Part shown: positions 1-9,995 of the stretch, piece after piece
How positions within the stretch are numbered: the first letter of the stretch is position 1
Layout: each line of letters opens with the position of its first letter
NCBI GenBank assembly: GCA_965242605.1
Contig: CBDESS010000002.1
Span: 128,572-192,571, forward strand
Source of the DNA: an uncultured Candidatus Binatia bacterium
GTDB taxonomy: Bacteria > Desulfobacterota > Binatia > Bin18
DNA length: 64,000 nt
Direction of reading: 5' to 3'
Program-made: the position numbers and the translations under genes
The notes under the pieces: model-generated
What the model was told of the DNA's origin: nothing
Database searches by the model: none
Seen by the model: only the letters and a program-made list of their open reading frames with translations

Positions 1-601
1 TACGGGTTTGGTCCATTGTTCTCAGCATCCTGGTGCTCACGCCGGCCTGCTGGCGATCAATCAGAAACAAGCTGAACCCCTCGTCGGTCCGTGCCGCACA
101 CACGATAGTATCCGCCACATGGGCGTCCGGAACAAACAGCTTCATCCCGCTGAGCTGATACCCTCCGTCGTTCTTTTCCGCCCGAAGACGCACGCCCCGT
201 TCATCCCAACGCGCGTTGTCTTCCAGGACGGCCAGGGTCGTCTTGAGCTGTCCCGAAGCGATGTGGGGCAACAGCGTGTTTTTCTGCTCCTCGCTGCCGG
301 CCTCGAGAATGGCAAAGCCGCCGAGTACAACCGTTGAAAAAAACGGTCCGGGCAAAACAACCCGGCCCATTTCTTCAAGAACCACGACCATGTCGATCAG
401 GCTGAGTCCTGAGCCGCCGTACCGTTCAGGCACCATCAGACCCATCCAACCCAGCTCGGCCATCTTTTGCCACAACTCATCGGCATAGCCGCGCTCGTCC
501 TCCATCATCTGGCGGACATAGCTCATCGGACATTCATGGTTCAGGAAATCTGCCGCAGACTGGCGCAGCAACTCCTGCTCTTCGCTAAAGCCAAAGTCCA
601 T
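1..601 (-). CDS. Acyl-CoA dehydrogenase family protein (3' end runs off the window)
   Basis: Hand translation from ATG at 601: MDFGFSEEQELLRQSAADFL...LWQKMAELGWMGLMVPERYGGSG...LSGMKLFVPDA, typical ACAD N-terminus. Absent from the ORF track because it has no stop inside the window. Confidence 0.9.
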   Translation of the reverse strand, partial: MDFGFSEEQELLRQSAADFLNHECPMSYVRQMMEDERGYADELWQKMAELGWMGLMVPERYGGSGLSLIDMVVVLEEMGRVVLPGPFFSTVVLGGFAILEAGSEEQKNTLLPHIASGQLKTTLAVLEDNARWDERGVRLRAEKNDGGYQLSGMKLFVPDAHVADTIVCAARTDEGFSLFLIDRQQAGVSTRMLRTMDQTR

Positions 602-614
602 TGGACGCTCCGGG

Positions 615-1758
615 TTAGCTGTTGGCCAGGATCGACACACAGCCGACCGAACCCGGACCGCCCAGGTTATGGGCCAGCCCGACTTCGGCGTTTTTGACTT
701 GGCGCTCGCCGGCTTTGTTCCACAGGTGTTGACCGACCTCGTAGATCATTCGGATACCGGTCGCGCCAATGGGATGACCAAACGATTTGAGACCACCCGA
801 CGGATTGACCGGAATCTCGCCCCCGATTGAGGCCCGGCCTTCTTCAAGGTACTTCCAACCCTCGCCTTTTCTACACAGACCCAGGTCTTCGTAGTTCAGA
901 ATTTCGGTAATCGTAAAGCAGTCGTGGCACTCAACCAAGTCAATGTCTCTGGCTGTCATGCCGGCTTGCTGATAGGCCGACTGAGCGGCCTGGGCCGTGG
1001 CTGGGAAGCCGGTATAGGCAAAACCCGGTTTCATATACGGCTCGCCCGAGGTGACCGACAGACCGATGCCTTTGACCTTCAGCGGATCGGGCCGGAGGGA
1101 TTTGGTCAGATCTGAGTTACAGATGATGACCGCGGCCGCCCCATCCGTTGTCGGACAGCAGTCAAACAGACCTAGCGGGCTACAGATCAGCGGCGCGTTG
1201 ATGACCTGCTCCTCAGACACTTCCATCCGGAAGTGCGCCTTGGGGCTCATTGTGCCGTTGTGATGGTTTTTGATCGCCACCTTGGCCAGGGCGTGTTTGT
1301 CGATGCCGTAGGTCTCGAAATAGCGGTTGGCGGCCATCGCAAACAGCGACGGCGCCGGTTGTGCCGTAGCCGACAACAGGATGGTTGCCAAAGGTCCCTA
1401 AGCCTCGTTGGCCAGAGTCGCGCAGCTTCTCAAAGCCGAGTGCCAGCACCACATCGTACATCCCGGAGGCGACCGCCATGCAGGCGTTGCGGAAGGCGTC
1501 CATCCCCGAAGCGCAGTAGTTCTCCACCCGGGTGATCGGGATGTTGTACAGCTTGAGCGGGTCGGCCAGGGCGTTGCCGGCGCTGGCGGAACTTAGCGTC
1601 CCCACCCAAGCAGCCTGAATCTGGCCGGGGTCGATATTGGCGTCGGCGTAGGCTTCCAGTGCTGCCGTGACCACCATATCTTCCGCGCTCATATCGTAGT
1701 TCTCACCGAATTTGCTGCATCCTGCCCCAATAACCGACACTTTGTCGCGAATATCCAT
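615..1758 (-). pseudogene. SCP2-type thiolase / acetyl-CoA acetyltransferase split by a +1 frameshift near 1356 (real lesion or sequencing error)
   Basis: ORF 1213..1758 gives the N-half (VENYCASG active Cys) and ORF 615..1391 the C-half (HDCF, GHPIGATG). Removing one G from ACA ACC G GCG CCG TCG restores GYGTTAPSLFAM. Confidence 0.85.
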
Positions 1759-1779
1759 CTGTCTTCTCCTTTCTACTGC

Positions 1780-3183
1780 TCAGCCGCCGACCGGTCTGGC
1801 CTTCCAGAAATAATTCTTGATACCAGACCCCTCGTGATACTTTCTAAACGTCAACTCAACCGGCAGGCCGATTGCGACCCGGTCGGGTTCGCAGTCGGTC
1901 AACTGGACAAAAATCCGCCCTCCGCCGTCCAGCTCAACCACTGCGTGCGTCGTCGGCGGATCGGGCGTTTCGGTCAGATAATCATGGGTGAAGGTAAACA
2001 GTTGGCCGGTTCGGGCCAGCTTCACCTCTTCAAGACCGTCGCGGTAGCCGCACTCGACACAGATTCGATGGAGAGGAAACTGGACTGTACCGCAGCCGGG
2101 GCATTTTCCGCCGTGGAGCGGTAAAATCTCGCTTTTATCCCGCAACAACACAACCGGGGTTGATTCGTCCCGGGTCGAATAGTCCTTCTTCATCAACTTA
2201 CGGAAGCGGGCGTATTTTCCATATGACGCCAGGGTGCGTTTGACCTCAATCTGCGAGTAGACGCTGCGCACCAACTGATAGTCTGCCAGGGCGTCGGTGA
2301 CGCGAAAAACCGCCGCGTCAGCCCCGTCGCCATAGCCGGCAACCAGAATCAGGTCGCCCGGCTTGGAGCGCTCAAGCACCGCGGCCAACAGCACCAAAGG
2401 CTGAGCCGTGCCCGAATCGCCGACCGTGTTCCAGAACGTATCCTGGACCTGGGACGTGACATCCAACTCCAGACCGCGCAGGGCCGCCTGCATGGCGCGT
2501 TGGCTCGGACCGGCAATGGCCGCGTTGGTGATATCCCGGGCGCTGAGCTGACACTTGGCCAACACCCCCTTGACCGCGGCGGCGATAAAACGGTTGTAGC
2601 CAAACGTATTCTCAAACGTGCCTGGGAATGAGCGCAGGTAGTCTTGCTCTTCAGTGCGCCAGGTACCGAGAAATTCCTGGCTCATGGTATAGGTTCCAAC
2701 CACTTCGGCCAGCACCCCATCGGCCCCAATCACCAGCGCCCCGCCCGCATCGCCATAGTTCTGCTCTTGCTGGGTATCGGGCTCGCCCATGCGTGAGTCA
2801 CCCGCACAAACCAGGAGCTGTTGACCAGTCTGGACAAGGTCGAGCGCGGTTAGCAGGGCCGAGGTGCCGGCCCGGAGCGTATCGGTGAAATCCATGGTCC
2901 GGATTTCGGCCTTGGCATCCAGGACCGTGGCGACGGTCACTGCAGCCTGCTTCTCCCGGTACGGCGAGGTGGTTGAGGCAAAAAACACTCCGGCCAAGCG
3001 CTGGGGGTCTTGACTGCCCAGCGCGTCCACACTGGCGTTGACCGCCAGGGTCAGACTGTCTTCGTCATAATTGGCAATCGCCCGTTCCCCGCCCAAAGAA
3101 GGGGTGCCCCACTCCTGGGCGATCAGGTCACGCGGGAGACGATAGGTCGGGACATGCGTCCCGTATGAAACAATACCTGCCAT
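1780..3183 (-). CDS. HMG-CoA synthase-like (PhlA-like) domain fused to a C-terminal DUF35 zinc-ribbon/OB-fold domain
   Basis: Start MAGIVSYGTHVPTYRL, DEDSLTLA and VGDSGTA motifs. C-terminal CPGC...CVEC and OB-fold ending KNYFWKARP. The usual catalytic Cys position reads DTLRAGT. Confidence 0.85.
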   Translation of the reverse strand: MAGIVSYGTHVPTYRLPRDLIAQEWGTPSLGGERAIANYDEDSLTLAVNASVDALGSQDPQRLAGVFFASTTSPYREKQAAVTVATVLDAKAEIRTMDFTDTLRAGTSALLTALDLVQTGQQLLVCAGDSRMGEPDTQQEQNYGDAGGALVIGADGVLAEVVGTYTMSQEFLGTWRTEEQDYLRSFPGTFENTFGYNRFIAAAVKGVLAKCQLSARDITNAAIAGPSQRAMQAALRGLELDVTSQVQDTFWNTVGDSGTAQPLVLLAAVLERSKPGDLILVAGYGDGADAAVFRVTDALADYQLVRSVYSQIEVKRTLASYGKYARFRKLMKKDYSTRDESTPVVLLRDKSEILPLHGGKCPGCGTVQFPLHRICVECGYRDGLEEVKLARTGQLFTFTHDYLTETPDPPTTHAVVELDGGGRIFVQLTDCEPDRVAIGLPVELTFRKYHEGSGIKNYFWKARPVGG

Positions 3184-3197
3184 AGCGGTGTTCCAGA

Positions 3198-3730
3198 CTA
3201 ATTGAGACGGCTCTCGGGCTCGCCGCTTTTCAGCATGCACCCATCAACTTGTAAGTTGGCCCCGTTAATGAAGCTTGAGGCCGAGGACGCCAGAAAGACG
3301 CATGGCCAAGCGACCTCCAGACCGCTGCCAAACCGTTTCAGGGCGTTGGAGTCGCGGGCGCACTGCTGTAGCTCCGGCGTTGGCCCCAGCACTTCTTTGA
3401 CGCCGGGCGTTTCGATAGGACCGGGCGAGATACAGTTGACCCGGATACCGCAGGGTGCCCATTCGATGGCCAGCGAGCGGGTCAGATTGACCACGCCGGC
3501 CTTCGAGGCACCGTCATGAGCCATGGTGGCCAACCCGTAGACGCCCGAATCGGACAAGATATTGATGCTGCTGCCGCCGCTGTTTTTGTCCATCATCAGC
3601 CGTGCCACAGTCCGGGAGAACAGAAAGGTGCCGTTCAGGTTGATATCGACAATCGCCCGAAAACCGTACCCGTCCCGCCACCGGTAACAATCGTGACTTT
3701 GCTCGCAATATCAAAGACCGAATCTGCCAT
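3198..3730 (-). pseudogene. Short-chain dehydrogenase/reductase (2,4-dienoyl-CoA reductase-like) with an internal deletion and frameshift
   Basis: ATG at 3730 gives MADSVFDIASKVTIVTGGGTG, then jumps out of frame to GFRAIVDINLNGTF...ASKAGV...IRVNCISPG...LQVDG. Most of the Rossmann fold is missing. Confidence 0.8.
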
Positions 3731-3773
3731 GTCGCGTATGCTCCGTGTTCGCAGTTAGGTCCGCCCCGCCGCC

Positions 3774-4832
3774 CTAGCCAAAACTGGTCAACCAACTCTG
3801 GCCGCCGTTCGAGGTGCGCATGACCGTGCCAAAACCGCCCACAATCCAGCCGTGCTGTTCGTCCGCAAAATCAATCGCCCGCAGCCAAGTGACCGTTGGC
3901 AGGCCAAAGCTGAAGCGCTGCCAGCTAGGACCATTGTCTCCGCTCTGGAGCTGGTAAATCCGCCCCGAAGCTCCGACGATCCAGCCCCGACCGTTGCCGA
4001 GTAAGACCGGCGTGTAGAGCGGCGCGGTTTCTGAGGCGGTATCTGCGAGAAATGTCCAGTGTTGGCCACCGTCGGTCGTTGCCGCGATTTTGCCTTCCAA
4101 GCCGACGGCAATGCCTTCTAAGGCGGAGGTGAAATACGTCCCGAAGAAGGTGGGGAAGTTCAGGGCATCATCAATACCGGCTTGCCCCAAGAGGCTGTTC
4201 TGCTGTTCGGTCCAACTCTGGCCACCGTCGGTCGAATGGAAGATTTTGCCAAACTCCCCTACCATCCAGCCGGTCTGCGCATCAACAAAATGCACATCGT
4301 AGATATTGGGCTCTGTCAGGGCCAGGGTGGCGTCGATATCCACGCCTTCCAAAGACGGCTCAATATAGCCGGATTTCCACGACTGTCCGCCGTCAGTCGT
4401 GCGCAGATAAGTGGCTTGACCACCAACCGCCCAGCCGTGGGTGGTGTCCAGAAACTGGAGGGCTAGCAGGGAAACCGCTACACCGCTGTCCCGCTGCTGC
4501 CAGGTTTGCCCGCCGTCTTCGCTTTTCAACAGCAGGCCGTCTTGGCCGCTGACCCAGCCCGTTTGGGCATCTGGAAAATCGACGCTATACAGGGCCAGAT
4601 CGGTGCCGCTGTCCTGCTGCTGCCAGGTTTGCCCGCCGTCAGCGGTCATCAATATCTTCCCCCCATAGCCAACCACCACCGCTTTTTCGACCGATACGGC
4701 TTCAACATCAAAGAACTTATCGGCCACCGTCATGAGCCGGTTGCTGAGCGGCACATCTTTGACCTCTCGGGCGCAGCCGGTCAGAGCGGTGAGCAGACAC
4801 AGGACAGGCCAGCAGCGGAGCACGGGGTTCAT
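3774..4832 (-). CDS. YCF48-related BNR/Asp-box beta-propeller lipoprotein
   Basis: Lipobox LTGC after a hydrophobic signal; repeated (S/T)xDGGQxW boxes and GWxVG motifs. Confidence 0.85.
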   Translation of the reverse strand: MNPVLRCWPVLCLLTALTGCAREVKDVPLSNRLMTVADKFFDVEAVSVEKAVVVGYGGKILMTADGGQTWQQQDSGTDLALYSVDFPDAQTGWVSGQDGLLLKSEDGGQTWQQRDSGVAVSLLALQFLDTTHGWAVGGQATYLRTTDGGQSWKSGYIEPSLEGVDIDATLALTEPNIYDVHFVDAQTGWMVGEFGKIFHSTDGGQSWTEQQNSLLGQAGIDDALNFPTFFGTYFTSALEGIAVGLEGKIAATTDGGQHWTFLADTASETAPLYTPVLLGNGRGWIVGASGRIYQLQSGDNGPSWQRFSFGLPTVTWLRAIDFADEQHGWIVGGFGTVMRTSNGGQSWLTSFG

Positions 4833-4989
4833 AGTCAAGCGGCTTTCCAAAACGATTCCGATGGGATAACCTCGGCTGGATTGCAAGAGTTTTCCCCTGT
4901 CTACTATCTTCGGGCGCGCTTTGCAATCCGCTCGGGGCTGGGATGTATCTCAGACCCACGCTCCCACAAGGTTGAGGAAAGGATACTGT

Positions 4990-7218
4990 ATGGCACCAGC
5001 AAAAATTACCTGGACAAAGATTGATGAAGCGCCGGCCCTGGCCACCTACGCCTTGCTGCCGATTGTACAGGCCTACACCAAGGGGACCGGGATTGAGCTC
5101 GAAATCAGCGATATCTCTCTGGCCGGCAGGATCATTGCCAACTTTCCCGAAAAGCTGACCGACGGGCAAAGAATTCCCGACTGCCTGAGCCAACTCGGCT
5201 CACTGGCCCAAACGCCCCAGGCCGCCATCCTCAAGCTGCCGAATATCAGCGCGACGGTTCCGCAGCTCAAAGACGCGATCAAAGAACTCCAAGCCAAGGG
5301 CTACAATATCCCCGACTACCCGGAGGAGCCTCAAAACGACGCCGAGAGCGCCCTGCAAGCCCGGTTCACAGCAGTGCTCGGTTCGGCGGTCAATCCAGTC
5401 CTGCGCGAGGGCAACTCGGATCGCAGGGCCGCGACCTCGGTCAAGAAGTTTTTCCAGAAGAATCCCCACACAATGATGCGGGAGTGGCCGGAGAGCAGGT
5501 CGGAAGCCCGTGTCGCTCATATGGAAGGCAAGGATTTTTTTGAGAGCGAGAAATCGACTACCGTGGAAAAAGCCGCCGAAGTGCGGATTGAGTTCGTCGC
5601 CGCCGCCGGAGCGGTCAGCGTCCTGAAAGATGGGCTGGCTCTGTTGGAGGGCGAGGTCATTGACACCTCGGTCATGAACGTCAAGGCCCTGCGCAAGTTC
5701 TATGCCGAGCAGATGGACGCCGCCAGGAAAGACGGCGTGCTGCTGTCTTTGCACCTCAAGGCGACCATGATGAAAGTTTCTGATCCCATCATGTTCGGCC
5801 ACTGTGTATCGGTCTACTTCCAGGAGGCGCTCAACAAGCACGCCGAGGTCCTCAAAAAGATTGGGGCGAATGTCAACAATGGGCTGGCCGATGTGCTGGC
5901 CAAACTTGACCGCCTGCCGGCCGAGAAGAAAGCCGAGATCGAGGCCGACATCGCCGCGGTCTATGACACGCGCCCGGCTCTGGCGATGGTCAACGCCCGG
6001 CGCGGCATCACCAACCTGCACGTTCCCAACGACATCATCATTGACGCCTCCATGCCGAATGTAGTGCGTGACGGGGGGCGGATGTGGAATGCGAACGACG
6101 AGTTGCAAGACACGATTGCTCTGGTGCCCGACCGGTCTTACGCGACCATGTACAAGGAAATTCTCGAAAACGCGAAACAATACGGACAGTTTGATCCGGC
6201 GACAATGGGCAGCGTCTCCAATGTCGGTCTGATGGCCCAGAAAGCCGAGGAATACGGCTCGCATGACAAAACCTTTGAAGCCCCGGCCGACGGCAGGATT
6301 CGCGTCGTAGAGCCCTCAGGGACAACCCTGCTTGAGCAGACGGTCGAGGTCGGCGATATCTTCAGAATGTGCCAGACCAAGGACGCGCCGATCCGTGACT
6401 GGGTTCGCCTGGCCGTGTCAAGAGCAAGAGCGACTGGCGCGCCGGTGGTTTTCTGGCTGGACGAGCGCCGAGGACACGATAGGGAGATCATCAGGAAGAT
6501 GCGTGCCTATCTGCCCGCGCACGACACGACCGGTCTGGACATTCGTGTCATGAAGCCCCAGGACGGGATGCGGTTTTCGCTGGAACGCATCCGCAGAGGG
6601 GAAGACACTATTGCCGCAACGGGCAACGTACTGCGGGACTATCTGACCGATCTGTTCCCGATTCTGGAACTGGGGACCAGCGCCAGGATGCTGTCGATCG
6701 TGCCGCTGATGAACGGTGGCGGGCTGTTCGAGACCGGTGCCGGCGGTTCCGCTCCCAAACACGTCCAGCAATTCCTGCAAGAGGGGCATCTGAGATGGGA
6801 TTCGCTGGGCGAGTACTGCGCCCTGGTGCCCGCGCTTGAACTGGTTGCCGAAAATACCAGGAACCCAGCCGCGGCGCTGTTTGCCCAGACGCTCGATCAG
6901 GCCATCACCATATACCTCGAAAACTCGCGTTCTCCCTCCCGCAAGGTGAACGAGATCGATAACCGGGGCAGCACCTTCTATCTGGCTCTGTACTGGGCCC
7001 AGGCGCTGGCGGCCCAGGACACCGACACAGCCCTACAGGCACGCTTCACCAGGGTGGCCAAAGCCTTAGAGGACCATGAGGGCACGATCAACCAGGAGCT
7101 CCTCGCCGTCCAGGGCCAGCCGGTCGATATCGGTGGCTACTACTCGCCCGACCCGGTCAAGACCGCCCGGGCGATGCGTCCCAGCCCGACCTTCAACGCC
7201 ATCATTGACGGGCTGTAA
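4990..7218 (+). CDS. icd: Monomeric NADP-dependent isocitrate dehydrogenase
   Basis: [15 protein letters not shown] start, [45 protein letters not shown]; about 740 aa. Confidence 0.97.
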   Translation: MAPAKITWTKIDEAPALATYALLPIVQAYTKGTGIELEISDISLAGRIIANFPEKLTDGQRIPDCLSQLGSLAQTPQAAILKLPNISATVPQLKDAIKELQAKGYNIPDYPEEPQNDAESALQARFTAVLGSAVNPVLREGNSDRRAATSVKKFFQKNPHTMMREWPESRSEARVAHMEGKDFFESEKSTTVEKAAEVRIEFVAAAGAVSVLKDGLALLEGEVIDTSVMNVKALRKFYAEQMDAARKDGVLLSLHLKATMMKVSDPIMFGHCVSVYFQEALNKHAEVLKKIGANVNNGLADVLAKLDRLPAEKKAEIEADIAAVYDTRPALAMVNARRGITNLHVPNDIIIDASMPNVVRDGGRMWNANDELQDTIALVPDRSYATMYKEILENAKQYGQFDPATMGSVSNVGLMAQKAEEYGSHDKTFEAPADGRIRVVEPSGTTLLEQTVEVGDIFRMCQTKDAPIRDWVRLAVSRARATGAPVVFWLDERRGHDREIIRKMRAYLPAHDTTGLDIRVMKPQDGMRFSLERIRRGEDTIAATGNVLRDYLTDLFPILELGTSARMLSIVPLMNGGGLFETGAGGSAPKHVQQFLQEGHLRWDSLGEYCALVPALELVAENTRNPAAALFAQTLDQAITIYLENSRSPSRKVNEIDNRGSTFYLALYWAQALAAQDTDTALQARFTRVAKALEDHEGTINQELLAVQGQPVDIGGYYSPDPVKTARAMRPSPTFNAIIDGL

Positions 7219-7406
7219 GCCTGACCGTGCGATATTCTAGAGTGGAATGACGGAACGGAGCGTCGTAAAAACGTCATCGCGGGAGCAGCTTGACGCTCTG
7301 TTCCGACGAGGACAATCTTGTCTTCATGCAGAGGCCGCCCGCCGAAAATTTGAGGGCGCAAACTCCGCAACTGACTCGCCTGACACTTCAGTCAAAGCGA
7401 TACCCG

Positions 7407-8327
7407 ATGGCTCAGAGTACAAAAGCAGCATTTCTGAGAGAATTTTCGACTCGTTTCGGGGTATTACGAAAATTAGGAAAAAGTCAGTCACTCTATGAAG
7501 TGGGCAGGGACGCCGCTCGCCTATACATTCGTTACTCAAAGCTACATTCGAAGAATCAGACATTCTATGGTCTGAGAAAAGACGACCTGCAACAACTCGA
7601 AGGGCATCCGTCGATCATCTGCTTGTTATGGAATGGTCAAGTAGAACCACTATCCTTACCTTATTCGGAGTACGAAGATGTCTTCAAGACCATATCCCCC
7701 GCCAACGACGGTCAGTATAAAGCGCAAGTATACCTGCGGAAAGAAGGGAGCGAGCTCTATATTGCCAACGCGGGCAGACATAATGTCGAATCGTACTTCG
7801 GTTGGAAATATCTCTCCTCTCTGATTGATAGAGTAAAACTTACGGAAACTCCTGCCCTTTCCCATGCGCAAGTCCAAACCTTGATAGGTTCCATTGGATT
7901 ATCCAAAGGATTCGAGATATGGGTACCTGAAAACGATCGTGGAAAATTGGACTGGTCGCTTACGGAACGATTTGAATGCGCCGCAGCCCTCCCCGATAAA
8001 TTTCATTCAATCGAAAATGTCCTATCGGAAATCGATATTCTCTGGATGGAGCGTGGTGCCGGCCAATTATACGCACTCTTTGAGGTTGAACATTCAACCC
8101 CCATTTATTCGGGCCTGTTGCGCTTCAATGATGTGCATCTCGCTGGGGCGAGTGTCCGCGCAACCTATAATATCGTAGCCAACGAGGAAAGGCGAAATCG
8201 TTTTGTCAATCAATTGAGCAGACCAACGTTCAAAGCGAGTGGTCTCGATAGATACTGTTCTTTCATGAATTATTCTAATGTATTTGAATGGTACACGCGG
8301 ATTTATAAGCTTGTGCAAGCGAGGTGA
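7407..8327 (+). CDS. Hypothetical protein with a C-terminal PD-(D/E)XK restriction-endonuclease-like domain
   Basis: HAQVQTLIGSIG...IDILW...LFEVEHSTPIYSGLLRFND resembles a REase core. Visibly AT-richer than the flanking genes. Start placed at MAQSTK. Confidence 0.6.
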   Translation: MAQSTKAAFLREFSTRFGVLRKLGKSQSLYEVGRDAARLYIRYSKLHSKNQTFYGLRKDDLQQLEGHPSIICLLWNGQVEPLSLPYSEYEDVFKTISPANDGQYKAQVYLRKEGSELYIANAGRHNVESYFGWKYLSSLIDRVKLTETPALSHAQVQTLIGSIGLSKGFEIWVPENDRGKLDWSLTERFECAAALPDKFHSIENVLSEIDILWMERGAGQLYALFEVEHSTPIYSGLLRFNDVHLAGASVRATYNIVANEERRNRFVNQLSRPTFKASGLDRYCSFMNYSNVFEWYTRIYKLVQAR

Positions 8328-8329
8328 TT

Positions 8330-8503
8330 ATGCCTGAAGACAAGAAATGTACAATTTGGATCGCTGTGAAGGTCTGGCGAGGCGTTCCGGTGGAAGTGAA
8401 GGGGTTCAGGAAGAGAACAGAAGGTGAAAAACAGGCGCGACTATGGCGAGAAGAAATGAACCCGGATTATGACGAGGCCGGGGTGTTTGAAATCAAAATC
8501 TGA
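8330..8503 (+). CDS. Small hypothetical protein (57 aa)
   Basis: MPEDKKCTIWIAVKVWRGVPVEVKGF...EAGVFEIKI. GAGGTG RBS overlaps the upstream stop; below the ORF-track length cutoff. Confidence 0.6.
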   Translation: MPEDKKCTIWIAVKVWRGVPVEVKGFRKRTEGEKQARLWREEMNPDYDEAGVFEIKI

Positions 8504-8517
8504 TCCGCTGTGACGAT

Positions 8518-8985
8518 CCCAGAGCTTGTCCCGGCTGGCAAACCGGGCAAACTCCCCCTGGTCAAAGACCAGCTTCAAGCGGTTCCTGCCGGCCTGATTG
8601 CGCAGCTAGTGCCGCGCCCCCGGGGAATACCTGCCGCCGTCCAGGATGATGATGGTGTCGTACTCAATCCTGCTGGATACTCAACACCTCAAACGGGAAC
8701 TTCTGCTCCACACTCCCCGGTGACGCCTGCCACTTGCATTGAATGACCATGCAGTGGGGCCAGAGCCAGGGGTGGTAGAGCATGAGATCAACAAAGCGGC
8801 GCTTGCCGTAAATGTCCTTGCCAGCTTTGACCTGGCGGGCATAGATGGACTGCTCCATCTCCCGGAGCGGAAAGAACAGCCGGCGCGTGACCGGCTCATA
8901 GCCCAAGCCGTCCAGGATATGAGCAGCAAACGCTTCGAGCTGGTTGCCGGGGCTGCGTTGGCCCGGCTGCCTCCTTGTGGTGTTC
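8518..8985 (-). pseudogene. Degraded PD-(D/E)XK nuclease-family gene (boundaries approximate)
   Basis: Reconstructable as QGGSRANAA/GNQLEAF...DIYGKRRFVDL...IQCKWQASPGSVEQKFPFE.../EYDTIIILDGGRYSPGARH*LRNQAG, with two frameshifts and a TAG at 8606-8608. Confidence 0.7.
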
Positions 8986-9054
8986 GTTACAATCGCGTTG
9001 AAGCTGTCGGATATTCATGCCGGGGCTGAGTACGTCATTCCAGAACCGCCGGCC

Positions 9055-9912
9055 TCAGAACTGTGCCTTGGGCACCGGCAGACCGGGAATGTCTGAGCGG
9101 GTGCGGAACACTGTGCCTTTGAGCTCTCGTTGGTCGTTATTGGCGGTGACAACATACAGGTCACACATATCGGGGCCGCCAAAGGCCACGCTGGTGATCG
9201 TCTTGGCCGGGATGTTGACCCGCCGGTCAAGGGTTCCGTCCGGCTTGAACCGCACCACCTCGCCGGAGCCGGCCACCACCGCGACCCACACACCGCCCTC
9301 GACATCGACGGTCATACCGTCGGGCATGCCCTCGGGCAGCCTGGCGAACAGGTGGCGGTCGCTGACCGTCCGGTCGGCGCGCACGTTATACACCCAGACC
9401 GCGCGGGTGGTGGAATCGCAGTGGTAGAGCAGGGTGCGGTCGGCGTTGAAGCCGAGTCCGTTAGTGACCTCAACCCCCTCCCACAGATGCGTCACCTGTC
9501 CCGATGGATCAACGCGGAAGAGGGACCCTGGCGGGGGGCTGCTCTTGAAGTCAAACGCGCTGATGTCGCAGCCGAACGAGCCAACCCAGATGCTCCCCCG
9601 GTCATCAATGGTCAGGTCGTTCAGACCAAACAACGGCTCGTTGTTCCACTGACCGAAAATCTCTGTGAGCTGACCGGTCTGTTCATCCCACCGGGCCAGC
9701 GACAGGCCGGTGACGAGGAGGCCGCCGCCCTCGTTCAGGGCGATGCCGCCCACCGACTTGCGGTCTGTTGAGATCAGCGTTTCAATCTGCCCGTCTGGGC
9801 TGCGACGGAAGACGCCGCCCCCACGCACATCGCTGAAGTACAGCCGGTTCTGGTCATCGGTGCGGGGTCCCTCAAGCAGGCCATAGCCGGTCGCCAAGGT
9901 TTCAAATTCCAT
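9055..9912 (-). CDS. SMP-30/gluconolactonase/LRE family protein
   Basis: LEGP, LND, NGLGF, PDGMTVD and VAFGG motifs; GGAGG RBS. Confidence 0.92.
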   Translation of the reverse strand: MEFETLATGYGLLEGPRTDDQNRLYFSDVRGGGVFRRSPDGQIETLISTDRKSVGGIALNEGGGLLVTGLSLARWDEQTGQLTEIFGQWNNEPLFGLNDLTIDDRGSIWVGSFGCDISAFDFKSSPPPGSLFRVDPSGQVTHLWEGVEVTNGLGFNADRTLLYHCDSTTRAVWVYNVRADRTVSDRHLFARLPEGMPDGMTVDVEGGVWVAVVAGSGEVVRFKPDGTLDRRVNIPAKTITSVAFGGPDMCDLYVVTANNDQRELKGTVFRTRSDIPGLPVPKAQF

Positions 9913-9995
9913 ACGCTTCCTCCTTTTTCCTCAATACTGTCCCAGATCGGTCGGACTGTTCAAGCGCCAGGGGTGTGGCTTGCCCTGGAGTCCGT

